Positions 9,995 to 20,067 of a stretch of DNA of 64,000 nt are shown one piece after another. Within the stretch, counting starts at the first letter, position 1; each line of letters starts with the position of its first letter. Source of the stretch: Spirochaetia bacterium (GTDB lineage Bacteria > Spirochaetota > Spirochaetia > DSM-16054 > Sediminispirochaetaceae); the NCBI GenBank assembly GCA_034520965.1, contig JAXHMY010000001.1:192001-256000 (forward strand). The letters run 5' to 3'. The translations under genes and the position numbers were made by a program. Below the pieces are notes generated by a model. That model saw only the letters and a list, made by a program, of their open reading frames with translations. It did no database searches and was not told the DNA's origin.

Positions 9995-10999
9995 TTAAGA
10001 AGTCGGCTCCTCTATAATGGGCACATCGAAACTTCCATCGATGATCTGCTTTTTCATTTCAGAGATTTTAGTCTTGACTTCCTCGTCTATTTTTTCTTCG
10101 AAACCGTGGTAAGGGGCGATGTCAACTACACCTTCTTTCATACCCTGGTAGAATACTCCCCCTTCAAAGTTATCGTTCTTCACTTTTTCTACTGCGTTAA
10201 GAACAAGTTGGGGAACGCTGTAAATAGTGCTGCAGATAACAGTATCCGGGGCAATCGAACTCTGGTCCCAGGAATCTCCGGTGGCCATAAGTCCTCGTTC
10301 TTGAGCGGCCTTAATGACACCCGTTCCTGCCTGATTCGCCGAATGACTAAGCACGTCGGCCCCCTTATCAGCCATAGATAAAGCAGCTTCCTTTCCGAGT
10401 GAAACGTCGGTAAAAGAACCGATATACACGTCGTAAACTTCTATCGACGGATCGTAGTTCTTTGCACCAAGTTTGTATGCCTCGAGGATCTTCACGATAG
10501 AGGGCTGCTCAATGCCGCCGACTATTCCGAGTTTACCCGTTTCCGACATCGATGCGGCGAGGTAACCCATCAAGTATCCTGCCTCTTCACACGCTATTAC
10601 GTAGGAAGCCACGTTCTCAGACTGTGAGTTCGCCTCTATTGCCATGAAATTGGTGTTAGGGAATCGTGCCCCTACTTTCACTGCCGGCTCGCCGAATTGG
10701 TAACCGTGTCCGATTATCAAATCATAGCCCCTGGATGCATAGTCTGTGTAGGCGGCCTCACTGTCGGCAATCGAAACCTGTTCGGTGTAGGTGGTCTCAA
10801 TCCCGAATTTCTCTTCGGCCTCTTGGAGACCCTGCAGGGCTACTGCATTCCAGCCCTGGTCATTTGCAGGCCCCGACAGAAGGAGAGCGACCTTCATAGG
10901 ACCATCTCCCTTTTCACCCGATTCCTGCTGTCCCCCGGCAAATACCGTCGATACAGTGAACAGGAGCACCAAGCCAATCATCAGTAATCTCTTCATCAT
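9995..10999 (-). CDS. BMP/PnrA-family ABC transporter substrate-binding protein (nucleoside/purine)
   Basis: Signal peptide, 'GPANDQGWN', 'YDLIIGHGYQF', 'EAGYLMG.LAA', 'GSFTD...GKEAA'. Confidence 0.9.
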   Translation of the reverse strand: MMKRLLMIGLVLLFTVSTVFAGGQQESGEKGDGPMKVALLLSGPANDQGWNAVALQGLQEAEEKFGIETTYTEQVSIADSEAAYTDYASRGYDLIIGHGYQFGEPAVKVGARFPNTNFMAIEANSQSENVASYVIACEEAGYLMGYLAASMSETGKLGIVGGIEQPSIVKILEAYKLGAKNYDPSIEVYDVYIGSFTDVSLGKEAALSMADKGADVLSHSANQAGTGVIKAAQERGLMATGDSWDQSSIAPDTVICSTIYSVPQLVLNAVEKVKNDNFEGGVFYQGMKEGVVDIAPYHGFEEKIDEEVKTKISEMKKQIIDGSFDVPIIEEPTS

Positions 11000-11032
11000 T
11001 TTCCTCCTTGCATTGCTCTCGCAAAGCCCTTA

Positions 11033-12422
11033 CTAAAATTTGGAACTTTTTTCTCTTAGCACACGGGTGCAGACTTCCTCCGCCTCTCGCGCAAGGCGTG
11101 TTTCGTCTATACCCGTAAGAACTTCCATCGCTAAAAACGACTCTACCGTTCACCATGGTGAGCCACACCTCTCCAGTTACCCCGACTCGTGCAAGTAAAT
11201 TACCGGGGTCGTGGAGGGCCCCGGCGAGCTCAATGTTCTTGGTATCAATCATAAACAAATCAGCTCCCATCCCCGGCCCAAGTGACCCGAGGTCGCTGCG
11301 CCCCATCATTTGGCTCCCCCCTTTTGTAGCTATCTTTAACATCTCGTAGGCTGAAGGAGCTCCACCACGAGACTTGCTGTGGTAGGACTGCATGAGATAA
11401 GCCATCCGAAGTGAGTCAAGTATATTCGAGCTGTCATTGGTCGCAGATCCGTCACAGCCCAAGCTAAGGTTCATTCCATCCTTTTGCATTGCAGGAATGT
11501 CTATGATGGGGAAACCACCAAGTGTAGCAGGAGCAGGACAGTGGGAAAGGCCGGTGCCGGTTTCTGCCATTACCTTATACTCTTCAGGTGTGAGCTCCCA
11601 CCCATGGGCGTACCACACATCGGGCCCCGTAAAACCTATATCCTCGCACCATTCAAGGGTACGTACACCCCAACGATCTAGCATTGGCGAGTTCTCCCCT
11701 TCTCCCAGATGGGTGTGAAGGTATACTCCCTTCTCACGAGCCAAGTCCAGGGATTGTACAAAGGTGTCTTTATAACAGTTTATCGGTTGGCACGGAGATA
11801 TTACAATTTGCCCCATGCTGTAGGGTTCGGGATCGTGGTATAAGTCAATAAGCCTCTCACAATCGGCAATAAACTCCTCTGTAGTTTCGACCATCTCTTC
11901 GGGCACATTTCCGCCATCCTCATAAGGAAGAGTGTTGGCACCACGACCAGCGTGGTAACGGATTCCGAGCTGCCGTGCAGCTTCCATCTGACGGTCAACA
12001 AGCTGCTTACCTGCCGCCCTTGGATAACAGTATTGGTGGTCGAAGGCGGTGGTACAACCGTGTTTTATCAAGTCGGCCATCGCCGTTAAGGAAGAGTAAT
12101 AGATTACATCGGGATCGATAAGTTTAAAAATCTTGTATATTTCTCCTATCCAATCGAGGACCAGCATATTCGGGTAATCGATCGTGGTGAGGTTCCTTAC
12201 GAAGGTCTGAAAGAAGTGGTGATGTGTATTCACCATCCCCGGGTACACGAACTTCCCTCCCGCGTCAATTGTCTCATCTGCCGGCTCGTCAATCCCCTCG
12301 CCGATCTTTAGGATTTTAGGTCCTTCTATAAGAATGTCGCTATCATGATACACTTTATCGTTCTCATCGCAGCTTACAATTGCTGCCGCATTCTTTATAA
12401 GTACCGTCTTTTTGCCACTCAT
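11033..12422 (-). CDS. Amidohydrolase of the ATZ/TRZ / 8-oxoguanine-deaminase-like family (frameshift near 11125)
   Basis: Metal motif 'PGMVNTHHHFFQT', 'HTHLGE', 'LGCDGSATND'. The probable true C-terminus 'VLTGIDETRLAREAEEVCTRVLREKSSKF*' lies in another frame, ending at TAG 11033. Confidence 0.85.
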
Positions 12423-12472
12423 CTTCCTCTCCCCTCGTACACAATGCTATTAGTAGTTCAAGTATGTGACTG

Positions 12473-12503
12473 ATTATAAACCCTATAGTTACTATAGGTG
12501 CAA
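12473..12503 (-). promoter_or_regulatory. MerR-type sigma70 promoter: TTGCAC-19 nt-TATAAT with dyad operator
   Basis: Minus strand reads TTGCAC ctatagtaactatagggtt TATAAT; the spacer region holds the perfect inverted repeat CCTATAG-n3-CTATAGG (12482-12498). Confidence 0.85.
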
Positions 12504-12739
12504 GAGTAAAAATAAGTTTTTCATAATGATCCCTTCCTCTCTGTGGAGATAATTTGTCGGTTTCTGCAAAGGACATGGACAGAAAATCGAGACCAAAAGA
12601 GATGTCTCTACAACCGCCCGAATATTTGCTGTGTATTCCCAATATTCGATAGCATGTTGCAATTTTCCTTCGGTGCATTTTTGAAGCTTGACAGCAACGG
12701 TCAGTTCTTCTACCCTTTGGCCATTATAAGATAGAAAAA

Positions 12740-14595
12740 ATGAATATAACTAAATTGTTTCTGCTTCACCCAATATCTTTATACCTCAAGTTCACCTGCA
12801 TATGTATGCTGATGCTTTTGTATACCTTTTCCGCATACCCAGCTCCAACAGACCACGATCTGAGGGTACAAGAGGGTCATATCTCTCTATCGGGAAGCCC
12901 TAGTTCAGCTATTCTTGCCTTAAGCGGAGAATGGAATTTTCTGCCCAACCAGTTAGTTCGTACCCAGTCAGAATCGGATAAATGGACCCTCCTTCAGGTG
13001 CCCAGAGAGTGGAGCCGGGCTGTTAGCCCTGAAAATGGATTAGAGCTGGGAACCTATGCGCTCAACATACACGGGTTGGAACCGGGAACGGTGTATGCTG
13101 TCCACCTAGGGGAAATAGGGGCGGTAGCCCGTGTATTTGCCAACGGTCGGTTTATCGGAAAAACCGGCGAGCTTAATCCGGAACAGGGCAAACCACAGAT
13201 TTCCTTTGCCCGGCCTGTCTATTCTTTCATGCCCGCCAGGGCATCAACGAGTTAACCCTCCAGGTTGCCAACGGCGACCTTGCAGTTGGCGGTATGTGGC
13301 AAAAAATATTATTTGGTACCGCACATGCGGTCTATCAGCATAGATTGCTTCGAAGTGCCCTGGAAATGTTTTTTATAGGTGGAATTTTTCTACTCGGCAT
13401 GTACTATTTCTGGGTCTACCTTCTGTGGCCCGGCCGGCACTCCTCCCTGCTGCTTGCTTTATACAGTTTTTTAGTAGCCCTGAAGTCTATCTTTTCCGGA
13501 CAGCAGATAATTTTTACCACTTTGCCGAGCTTTCCCGATATGCTCGGAATCCGCCTGGCACACCTGGCCACAGTGATCTCCGTTCCTATTCTCTTGCAGT
13601 TTTTCCGCTATTTGTATCCCGGTATCACCGGGAAAACAGGCATTCGTTTAAGCTGCGGTGCCGCTCTCCTGCAATCGCTTATTATAGTGTTTTTTCCACC
13701 ACAGATTTTTCAGGCAACCGCATTTATGTACCACGGGGTTATTGCCCTGCATGTACCCTATGTAGCTTGGATTTTTTATCGAGCCAGACGGCGGGGAGAT
13801 TCCGGGGTACCTATAGGAGTTATCGGCTTTGCAGTGCTGCTGCTGACGGGAGCAAACGACATCCTCCATGACCAGGGCGTCATTCAAACCACATACATGT
13901 GGAACATCGGTTTTTTCTGCTTTCTCTTTGCCCAATCCATACTACAGGCGTATCGGTTCAGAACAATCAATGAAGAATCCGAGCAGGTAAAGCTGAATCT
14001 GAAACAGGCAGTTGCTAAGCGTACGGCTCAACTCACCCAGGAACGTAATAAACTATCCCACATAGCAAAAACCGACGGACTTACCGGGCTGCATAATCGA
14101 CGCTACGGAATGGAACAGCTGCAAAACGAGCTTAACCGTGTCAGGCGCTATGGGGGCTGCATGGTGGTTGCTCTGATAGATATTGATAATTTTAAGGTTA
14201 TTAACGATACCCATGGGCACCTTGCGGGTGATCAGGTCTTAACCAGGATAGGCAGCTTGTTTACCGAGGAACTGCGAAGGGTTGATTTTAGTGCCCGCTG
14301 GGGGGGAGAAGAGTTTCTGCTCTTTTTTCCCAATACCGATTTAGAAGAAGGGAAAATAGTGCTGGAGAAACTCCGTGAGTTCTTCAACAGCCACCTCTTT
14401 CACAGTAAAACCGAACCTTTCTCCGTAAGTTTCAGTTACGGCCTAAGCGACTTTAAGGGCGGGCAAGAGGAAGTGGAAGAAGTCCTGCAGCACTGCGACT
14501 ACGCCCTCTACCACGCCAAGGAAACCGGCCGAAACCGAGGGGTAATCTATTCGGAGGCGCTCCAACCGGCTACTTCATCGGAGCGGCCATCCTGA
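12740..14595 (+). CDS. Membrane diguanylate cyclase: periplasmic sugar-binding-like domain + 7TM-DISM + GGDEF (frameshift near 13225)
   Basis: N-part 'LSGEWNF.PNQL...LQVPREW', linker in the second frame 'GINELTLQVANGDLAVGGMWQ', about 7 TM helices, 'TDGLTGLHNRR', 'DIDNFKVINDTHGHLAGD', 'RWGGEEF', RxxD I-site (RRVD). Confidence 0.85.
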
Positions 14596-14944
14596 TGTCT
14601 CGAATATTGCCCAGCATATCCAAACTGTAGCAGCGCTTTAAGGCAGGTTTTCTGTTGTGGTACTCTTGAACCACTAGAAAATCGGTGCAGGCGGGAATTT
14701 GGATAAGATCACCACAATCCAGTTTTCTCAGGAGCTTGCGGCTTTTCATCACTTTTTTCATTGAGTACTTCTTGCCGGTGGACGGCTCGTAGTAGGCCTC
14801 ATCCGGCCCTTTCGTATCCAGCGCCAGAATCTTCCAGACCACCTGTGCCCGGCGCCCTTCATCGTCAAGCACCTCGTAATTAAACTCGTCCACCTCAAGC
14901 AGCATGCCCGGCACAATCTCTATATCATTCCAAAAAAGTCCCAT
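14570..14944 (-). CDS. Hypothetical protein (~124 aa)
   Basis: MGLFWNDIEIVPGMLLEVDEFNYEVL...; protein-like composition. The longer ORF-track start overlaps the tRNA and its terminator and is unlikely. Confidence 0.6.
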   Translation of the reverse strand: MGLFWNDIEIVPGMLLEVDEFNYEVLDDEGRRAQVVWKILALDTKGPDEAYYEPSTGKKYSMKKVMKSRKLLRKLDCGDLIQIPACTDFLVVQEYHNRKPALKRCYSLDMLGNIRDIRMAAPMK

Positions 14945-14989
14945 TGCCTGAGAGTATACACTGTATTGGGTAAAGCTAAAAAGGGGTAC

Positions 14990-15026
14990 AAAAAAAGAGC
15001 CCATGTGGTGGTGACCACAGGGGCTT
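14990..15026 (-). terminator. Rho-independent terminator downstream of tRNA-Val
   Basis: Minus strand: agcccctgtgg-tcacca-ccacatgggct followed by cTTTTTTT. Confidence 0.7.
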
Positions 15027-15055
15027 AATTCTTTATTAAGGAATGCTTTAACTTT

Positions 15056-15129
15056 TGGGCAGCACTGGATTCGAACCGGTGACCTCATGCGTGTCGAGCA
15101 TGCGCTCTAACCAACTGAGCTAGCCGCCC
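15056..15129 (-). tRNA. tRNA-Val (anticodon GAC)
   Basis: GGGCGGCTAGCTCAGTTGGTTAGAGCGCATGCTCGACACGCATGAGGTCACCGGTTCGAATCCAGTGCTGCCCA: acceptor GGGCGGC/GCTGCCC, anticodon stem CATGC/GCATG with loop TC-GAC-AC, T-loop GTTCGAATC. CCA is not encoded. Confidence 0.96.
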
Positions 15130-15158
15130 CGATATTTTGGTACTACTTTATGAGCATC

Positions 15159-15187
15159 AATATGCCTTAAAACAAATTTTGTGTCAA
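15159..15187 (-). promoter_or_regulatory. Putative sigma70 promoter of tRNA-Val
   Basis: Minus strand TTGACA-17 nt-CATATT. Confidence 0.55.
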
Positions 15188-15236
15188 GGTATACTTATTT
15201 TGGCTCACCATTATACTTTATCAAGGCAGCCACAGC

Positions 15237-15671
15237 TTATTTCAGGCTCATCAATATCCGCTCCAGGACCTTAGCCCGGTCGAGGGGTTTCACAATATAG
15301 TTTTTTGCCCCTATCATCAGAGACTTTTTTACTAAGTCCTGTTTTCCCAGGGCGCTGATCATTACAATTCTGGCCTCTTTATCGAATTCTAAAATCTTCT
15401 CCAGAGCGGTGACTCCATCCATTTTCGGCATGGTAATGTCCATGGTAACTAAATCCACGTTCGGGTACAGTTCCTTATACTTCTCAACACCCTGTGCACC
15501 ATCAGTGGCGGACCCGACAATTTCAAACCCCTCAGAGGTAAGAATTTGATTGATCTGTTTGGTAACAAACATTGAATCATCTACTATCAGCACCCGGTAG
15601 TTATCACCGCCTTCCTTGACTCCTTCGGGGCGGCGCTCATTTATGCTGGGAAAATCCGCTTTTGTCTTCAT
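15237..15671 (-). CDS. cheY: Chemotaxis response regulator CheY (spirochaete type with N-terminal extension)
   Basis: 'VLIVDDS', 'TMDITMPKMDG', 'NYIVKP'; follows cheX. Confidence 0.93.
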   Translation of the reverse strand: MKTKADFPSINERRPEGVKEGGDNYRVLIVDDSMFVTKQINQILTSEGFEIVGSATDGAQGVEKYKELYPNVDLVTMDITMPKMDGVTALEKILEFDKEARIVMISALGKQDLVKKSLMIGAKNYIVKPLDRAKVLERILMSLK

Positions 15672-15682
15672 TTTTCTTCCTC

Positions 15683-16147
15683 CTATGCCCTTTCCCGCAC
15701 AGCAACGTTAATTTCAATTTTACCTGCTTGCAATTCAACCGGTACAATCAACGCCTCTACTCCACTATTTGAAACTTCCATATTGTCTCCGGTGATAATT
15801 GCCGGAGGTGTAAGATCAAATTTGAAGCCGAGCTCATGCAGTTTGGTTACTGCCTGACCGGTTATCATGTTAGCCAGCTCAGAGATGGTTGCCTTTGCTA
15901 GATCATCCATTGTCTGAAGCTCTTCGCCGTTCATCTGCGATGCAATTGTCAATGCAACTGATTTCTTCATGTCAAACAAGACCCGTCCCTCTACATCGCC
16001 GGTTAAACCGACAATTACCGCCACACCAAGCACCGGCTGAGACGTTGACTTCAGAAATAACTCGCCTCTTTTTACTTCTTCGCTGAGTACTTCACGCAGC
16101 ACATTAAAAGCCGCTTCTACAAATGGGTTGATATATTCAACTCGCAT
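15683..16147 (-). CDS. cheX: Chemotaxis phosphatase CheX
   Basis: 'MRVEYINPF', 'ISELANMITG', 'FDLTPP'. Confidence 0.95.
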   Translation of the reverse strand: MRVEYINPFVEAAFNVLREVLSEEVKRGELFLKSTSQPVLGVAVIVGLTGDVEGRVLFDMKKSVALTIASQMNGEELQTMDDLAKATISELANMITGQAVTKLHELGFKFDLTPPAIITGDNMEVSNSGVEALIVPVELQAGKIEINVAVRERA

Positions 16148-16193
16148 GCTAAGTTACCTCCACCTCGTAGTCATTCAAAATTAGTTTTATCAT

Positions 16194-17507
16194 CTATCGC
16201 TTTCTATATGCACGTACCATTCCGTTTGAAATATCTTCAAACATATCCGAAACGAGCTCTTCCTGTCGCCCGAGTATCAGAATACCGCCGGGTTTTAATT
16301 TTTCGCTGAATTCCTGCGCCAAACCATCCTGCTCATCCTGCTTCTGAAATGAAAGGATATCACGGGCTACTATCAAATCAACCTCAGGAAATGGATTGGA
16401 GTGCAGTACATTATGAAATTCGAAAAAGATTGCATCCCTAATTTCTTTATTAAACTGTAAGCCGTTCTTTCCCTCGACGGTATAATCTTCGAACTCATCA
16501 GATAGATCGGCGGAAGAAAAAATCAAGTTAGGCGCAGTTGAAATATTCAGCAAATCGTTATCGTGGGCCCACACTTTCAATTGGCTGTTGGGGAAACTCT
16601 CCTTGAGGATAATCCCCAGAGAGTATGTTTCATACCCCGCGCCACAGCCCGGGTTCCACACCATCACATTGCCCTGCACCTGGAGCTGTTTGAGAATCTC
16701 TTTTACCGCACTACAGTAATCGTTTCCCCAAAAACCGCCTGAATAGGGCGAGTAAAAGGGCTGGAGAAATCGGTCGGCATCCTCCGCTTCCTGGAGCTGG
16801 ACTTCAGCACCTTCCTTCGTGCGCTGCTGTCGCCACTCCTCAAAGCGGCTGCGAACCCAATTACGGTTATATTCGGTTACGTGAAAACTACGGAAAGTTT
16901 GAAGGGTCTCGACCACAAAGGCGTAATCAGTTTCTCCGGATTTTTCCGCTTGGTCCTGCTCCGCCTCGGGTTCTCTGACCGGTTGCGTAACCAACTGAGG
17001 CTGAGCACTTGCTTCTTCCTCGTGGCGGGTGTCGCCCAAAATCTTTTCCACATCAAGAATTAAATAGAGGCGGCCCTCATTTTCAACGACCCCCTTAATA
17101 AACTTGATATTGATATCACCGAAAATCGGATGCGGCGGCTGAATAGATTCAGAATTAATTCCTACGACCTTATCGATTGAGTCGACAATAACCCCTATTA
17201 AGTAATCATCCAGCCGCAGGATTATCATATCCTCAAAACTGGCTTCTTCCCGCTTCGGGGCCGGCAGGTTAAACATTATTCGCAAATCAATAATCGATAT
17301 GATATCGCCGCGCAGGTTATATACCCCACGCACATACGGATCGGCATTAGGTACATAGGTAAAGCGTTTAGCCTTGGATATTTCCTTTACCTTCATTATA
17401 TCAATACCATAGTCTTTACCAGCTAAGGAAAAGGTGACCATCTTATAATCAATGTTCTCAACTTTTACAGCTTCTTCTTGTTTTAACTCGTCACTAATAG
17501 TGCTCAT
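16194..17507 (-). CDS. cheW: CheW with C-terminal CheR-like domain (spirochaete CheW3 type)
   Basis: N-terminal CheW 'TFSLAGKDYGIDIMKVKEI...GVYNLRG'; C-terminal CheR-like 'VWNPGCGAGYETYS', 'DLIVARD.L', 'LKPGGILILG'. Confidence 0.9.
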   Translation of the reverse strand: MSTISDELKQEEAVKVENIDYKMVTFSLAGKDYGIDIMKVKEISKAKRFTYVPNADPYVRGVYNLRGDIISIIDLRIMFNLPAPKREEASFEDMIILRLDDYLIGVIVDSIDKVVGINSESIQPPHPIFGDINIKFIKGVVENEGRLYLILDVEKILGDTRHEEEASAQPQLVTQPVREPEAEQDQAEKSGETDYAFVVETLQTFRSFHVTEYNRNWVRSRFEEWRQQRTKEGAEVQLQEAEDADRFLQPFYSPYSGGFWGNDYCSAVKEILKQLQVQGNVMVWNPGCGAGYETYSLGIILKESFPNSQLKVWAHDNDLLNISTAPNLIFSSADLSDEFEDYTVEGKNGLQFNKEIRDAIFFEFHNVLHSNPFPEVDLIVARDILSFQKQDEQDGLAQEFSEKLKPGGILILGRQEELVSDMFEDISNGMVRAYRKR

Positions 17508-17528
17508 ACATCCTCACAAATTGAGTCT

Positions 17529-19922
17529 TTAGGTAATCTGAGTAGAACGGCGCTTCCGGTTCTCTATTTCACGCCGTAAACCAAGATCCAATAGCTGACT
17601 TACATCGATGATCAACGCCACTGTTCCATCTCCAAGGATGGTAGCACCGGCGATACCCGGAATATTGGTGTACTTATCTTTGAGGGGCTTGATAACCACA
17701 TCCTCTTCACCGATCAAGGAGTCGACCATCAAACCCATTTTCTTCTCGCCGCTGCCAACTATAACTACATATTGGGTCTCTTTTTGGTCATTGCTCGGAA
17801 CCCCGAATAAGCGGCTTAAGCGCAAAAGTGAAACTACATCTTCACGGACATTAAAAACTTCGTAGTTGTCAATCATCTTTACATCGCCCGAATTAATGCG
17901 GTGGCTGTCCACTACCGAGGTAATCGGGATAGCATAGATTTCCTCTCCAACCCGAATCAGCAATCCCTGAATGATAGCTAGGGTAAGGGGAATTTTAATG
18001 GTAATACGGCTGCCCTCGCCTTTTTCGGACCAGACACTCACATTTCCGTTCAGTTTTTCAATCTGCTTTTTGACTACGTCTAATCCCACTCCCCGGCCGG
18101 AGAGGTTCGTTACCTGCTTGGCTGTCGAAAAGCCCGGTTCAAAGATAAGGTTAAAAGCCTCAATTTCAGTGAGCTTTTTGTTGGGATGAATCAGTCCGCG
18201 GTCTACCGCCTTCTTATGAACCGATTCAACATCGATTCCTTTTCCATCGTCCTCTACCTCTATAATGATCATGTTGCCTTCGTTACTCGCCTTCAGCATG
18301 ACATGGCCATCAACCGTTTTACCCGCAGCCTTCCGTTCTTCCGGACTCTCTACACCGTGGTCGATTGAATTACGCACACAGTGAATCAGGGGGTCCAACA
18401 GGTCTTCGATTACCGACTTATCAAGCTCGGTATCTTCACCCTCAATTTCCAGTTTTACGTTTTTGCCTATCTCCTTGGAAACATCCCGCACCAGACGGGG
18501 AAAGCGGTTGAAAATCTGGCTAATAGGAACCATTCGGATCTGCATGACTCCTTCCTGCAGATCACTGGTATTACGGCTGAGGTTTTGAGCTGTACTGTTA
18601 AACTCGTTTACCGTGTTCTTAAAGCGGGTCTCGAAGGAGTCGTACATGGTATATAAATCGCCAAAGCGTTCAATCACTTCGGCTTTGATTTTCTTTACCG
18701 AGGTACCCTCCTGAATTCGTTCAAGATACATCGGAAGACTGTCAAACAGCTCCCGCAGCTTCTCGTAGTAGACCGATTTTACAGAACTCAGTTCTCCCTG
18801 AGCATCGACAAACTTGCTGCTGATTTGATTAAAGGTCGCCTTGGTAATAACCGCCTCACTGACCATATTCAGAAGATTATCTATGCGCTTCGAGTCGACC
18901 CGCAGCACCGAACCTGAACCTCCGCTCTTTCGCAGTTCATGTTCTTTGGAGGGTTTGGGCTCGGCCTTGGCAGCCGGTGCTTCTTCTTCGGAAGTGTGCT
19001 CCTCGGGAGCTGCGGCTTGGGCCGCTTGGGCGGGTTGGGAGGGTTGAGCCTCAGCTTCGCGGGTAGCAGCCTGGGCTGGAGCCTTCTGAAAAGGTTCCGG
19101 CTGCTTTTCGACGGCTCCGGCGGCTATTTGATCGACGGTGGTTATTTGCGTATCTGAAACTACATCGGGTATGTGCACCTTACGTTCGATCGCATCTACC
19201 GGAGAATCGGTAGAAACATAGTAATATACCACCGGAAAAAATTGATCTTCGTACAGTTTTTCAAACTCAGGAACAGTTTTCAAGACCGTTCCAATATCCT
19301 TCATAGCGGCAAACACCTGAATTCCGCCAATGCTGTTCATGGGATGGTCCTCGTTGAACTCAACCATCACCTGATATACCGTCTCGCCGGTTTCCGCCGC
19401 AGCTTTTAGCTCGAGCAGATCATACTCTGACAGGGTACTTTCCCCGGAACCCGCCGCCGTTGCTTGTGCAGCTGGGGCAGGCTGTGCAGCGATAGGCTTT
19501 CCTCCCGACTGAGGAGCAACTGTGCCGCTTTGCAGCAGAGAACGCAGTTTCGACTGGAGGTCGGAAATGTCTTCGTCATAAGAACTTCCCTCCTTCTGTG
19601 CAGACAGCATTCCCTTTATCACATCGATTGAATTGAGCAGAATATCGACTACCTGCTCGCCGGCATGAACCTCGTTACTGCGGATAGCATCCAGCACATC
19701 TTCAACCAGATGGGTAAATTCAGACATTTTAGTCATCTGAACGGTAGCGGCGGCGCCTTTTAAAGTGTGGGCAGCTCGAAATATTTCGTCGATTGCATCA
19801 TGATCGCTGGGATCATTCTCGAGCACAAGAATATTCTGCTCAAGCGCATCAACCTGCATCTCGGCCTCAATAAAAAAGTCCTTTAGCAGTTCCTCGTTGT
19901 TCGGATCCAAATAGTCACTCAT
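17529..19922 (-). CDS. cheA: Chemotaxis histidine kinase CheA
   Basis: HPt 'IFRAAHTLKG', 'HCVRNSIDHGVE', 'DDGKG', 'PGFSTA', 'GRGVGLDVV', C-terminal CheW-like domain. Start taken at MSDYLDP (alternative 19940). Confidence 0.96.
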   Translation of the reverse strand: MSDYLDPNNEELLKDFFIEAEMQVDALEQNILVLENDPSDHDAIDEIFRAAHTLKGAAATVQMTKMSEFTHLVEDVLDAIRSNEVHAGEQVVDILLNSIDVIKGMLSAQKEGSSYDEDISDLQSKLRSLLQSGTVAPQSGGKPIAAQPAPAAQATAAGSGESTLSEYDLLELKAAAETGETVYQVMVEFNEDHPMNSIGGIQVFAAMKDIGTVLKTVPEFEKLYEDQFFPVVYYYVSTDSPVDAIERKVHIPDVVSDTQITTVDQIAAGAVEKQPEPFQKAPAQAATREAEAQPSQPAQAAQAAAPEEHTSEEEAPAAKAEPKPSKEHELRKSGGSGSVLRVDSKRIDNLLNMVSEAVITKATFNQISSKFVDAQGELSSVKSVYYEKLRELFDSLPMYLERIQEGTSVKKIKAEVIERFGDLYTMYDSFETRFKNTVNEFNSTAQNLSRNTSDLQEGVMQIRMVPISQIFNRFPRLVRDVSKEIGKNVKLEIEGEDTELDKSVIEDLLDPLIHCVRNSIDHGVESPEERKAAGKTVDGHVMLKASNEGNMIIIEVEDDGKGIDVESVHKKAVDRGLIHPNKKLTEIEAFNLIFEPGFSTAKQVTNLSGRGVGLDVVKKQIEKLNGNVSVWSEKGEGSRITIKIPLTLAIIQGLLIRVGEEIYAIPITSVVDSHRINSGDVKMIDNYEVFNVREDVVSLLRLSRLFGVPSNDQKETQYVVIVGSGEKKMGLMVDSLIGEEDVVIKPLKDKYTNIPGIAGATILGDGTVALIIDVSQLLDLGLRREIENRKRRSTQIT

Positions 19923-20067
19923 TATGGCATTAATCTTCATATATAACGAACTTTAAGTCAAGTATAAACTTTACAGAGAGTCCAAAATGTCGATATTCTG
20001 AATAGAGTCTTTTTATTGAAACTACAGCGTTATGCTATACACTATTCCACATAGGAGTTTACTGGTG

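Noticed and set aside
10914..11032. Apparent overlap of the amidohydrolase C-terminus with the BMP gene
   Set aside because: Artefact of the frameshift near 11125; the natural stop is at 11033.
14990..15236. tRNA-Val as the integration site of a genomic island
   Set aside because: No integrase and no duplicated tRNA 3' end were seen in the window.
16194..17507. CheW-CheR fusion as a novelty
   Set aside because: Known spirochaete architecture (Borrelia CheW3 and treponemal CheW).
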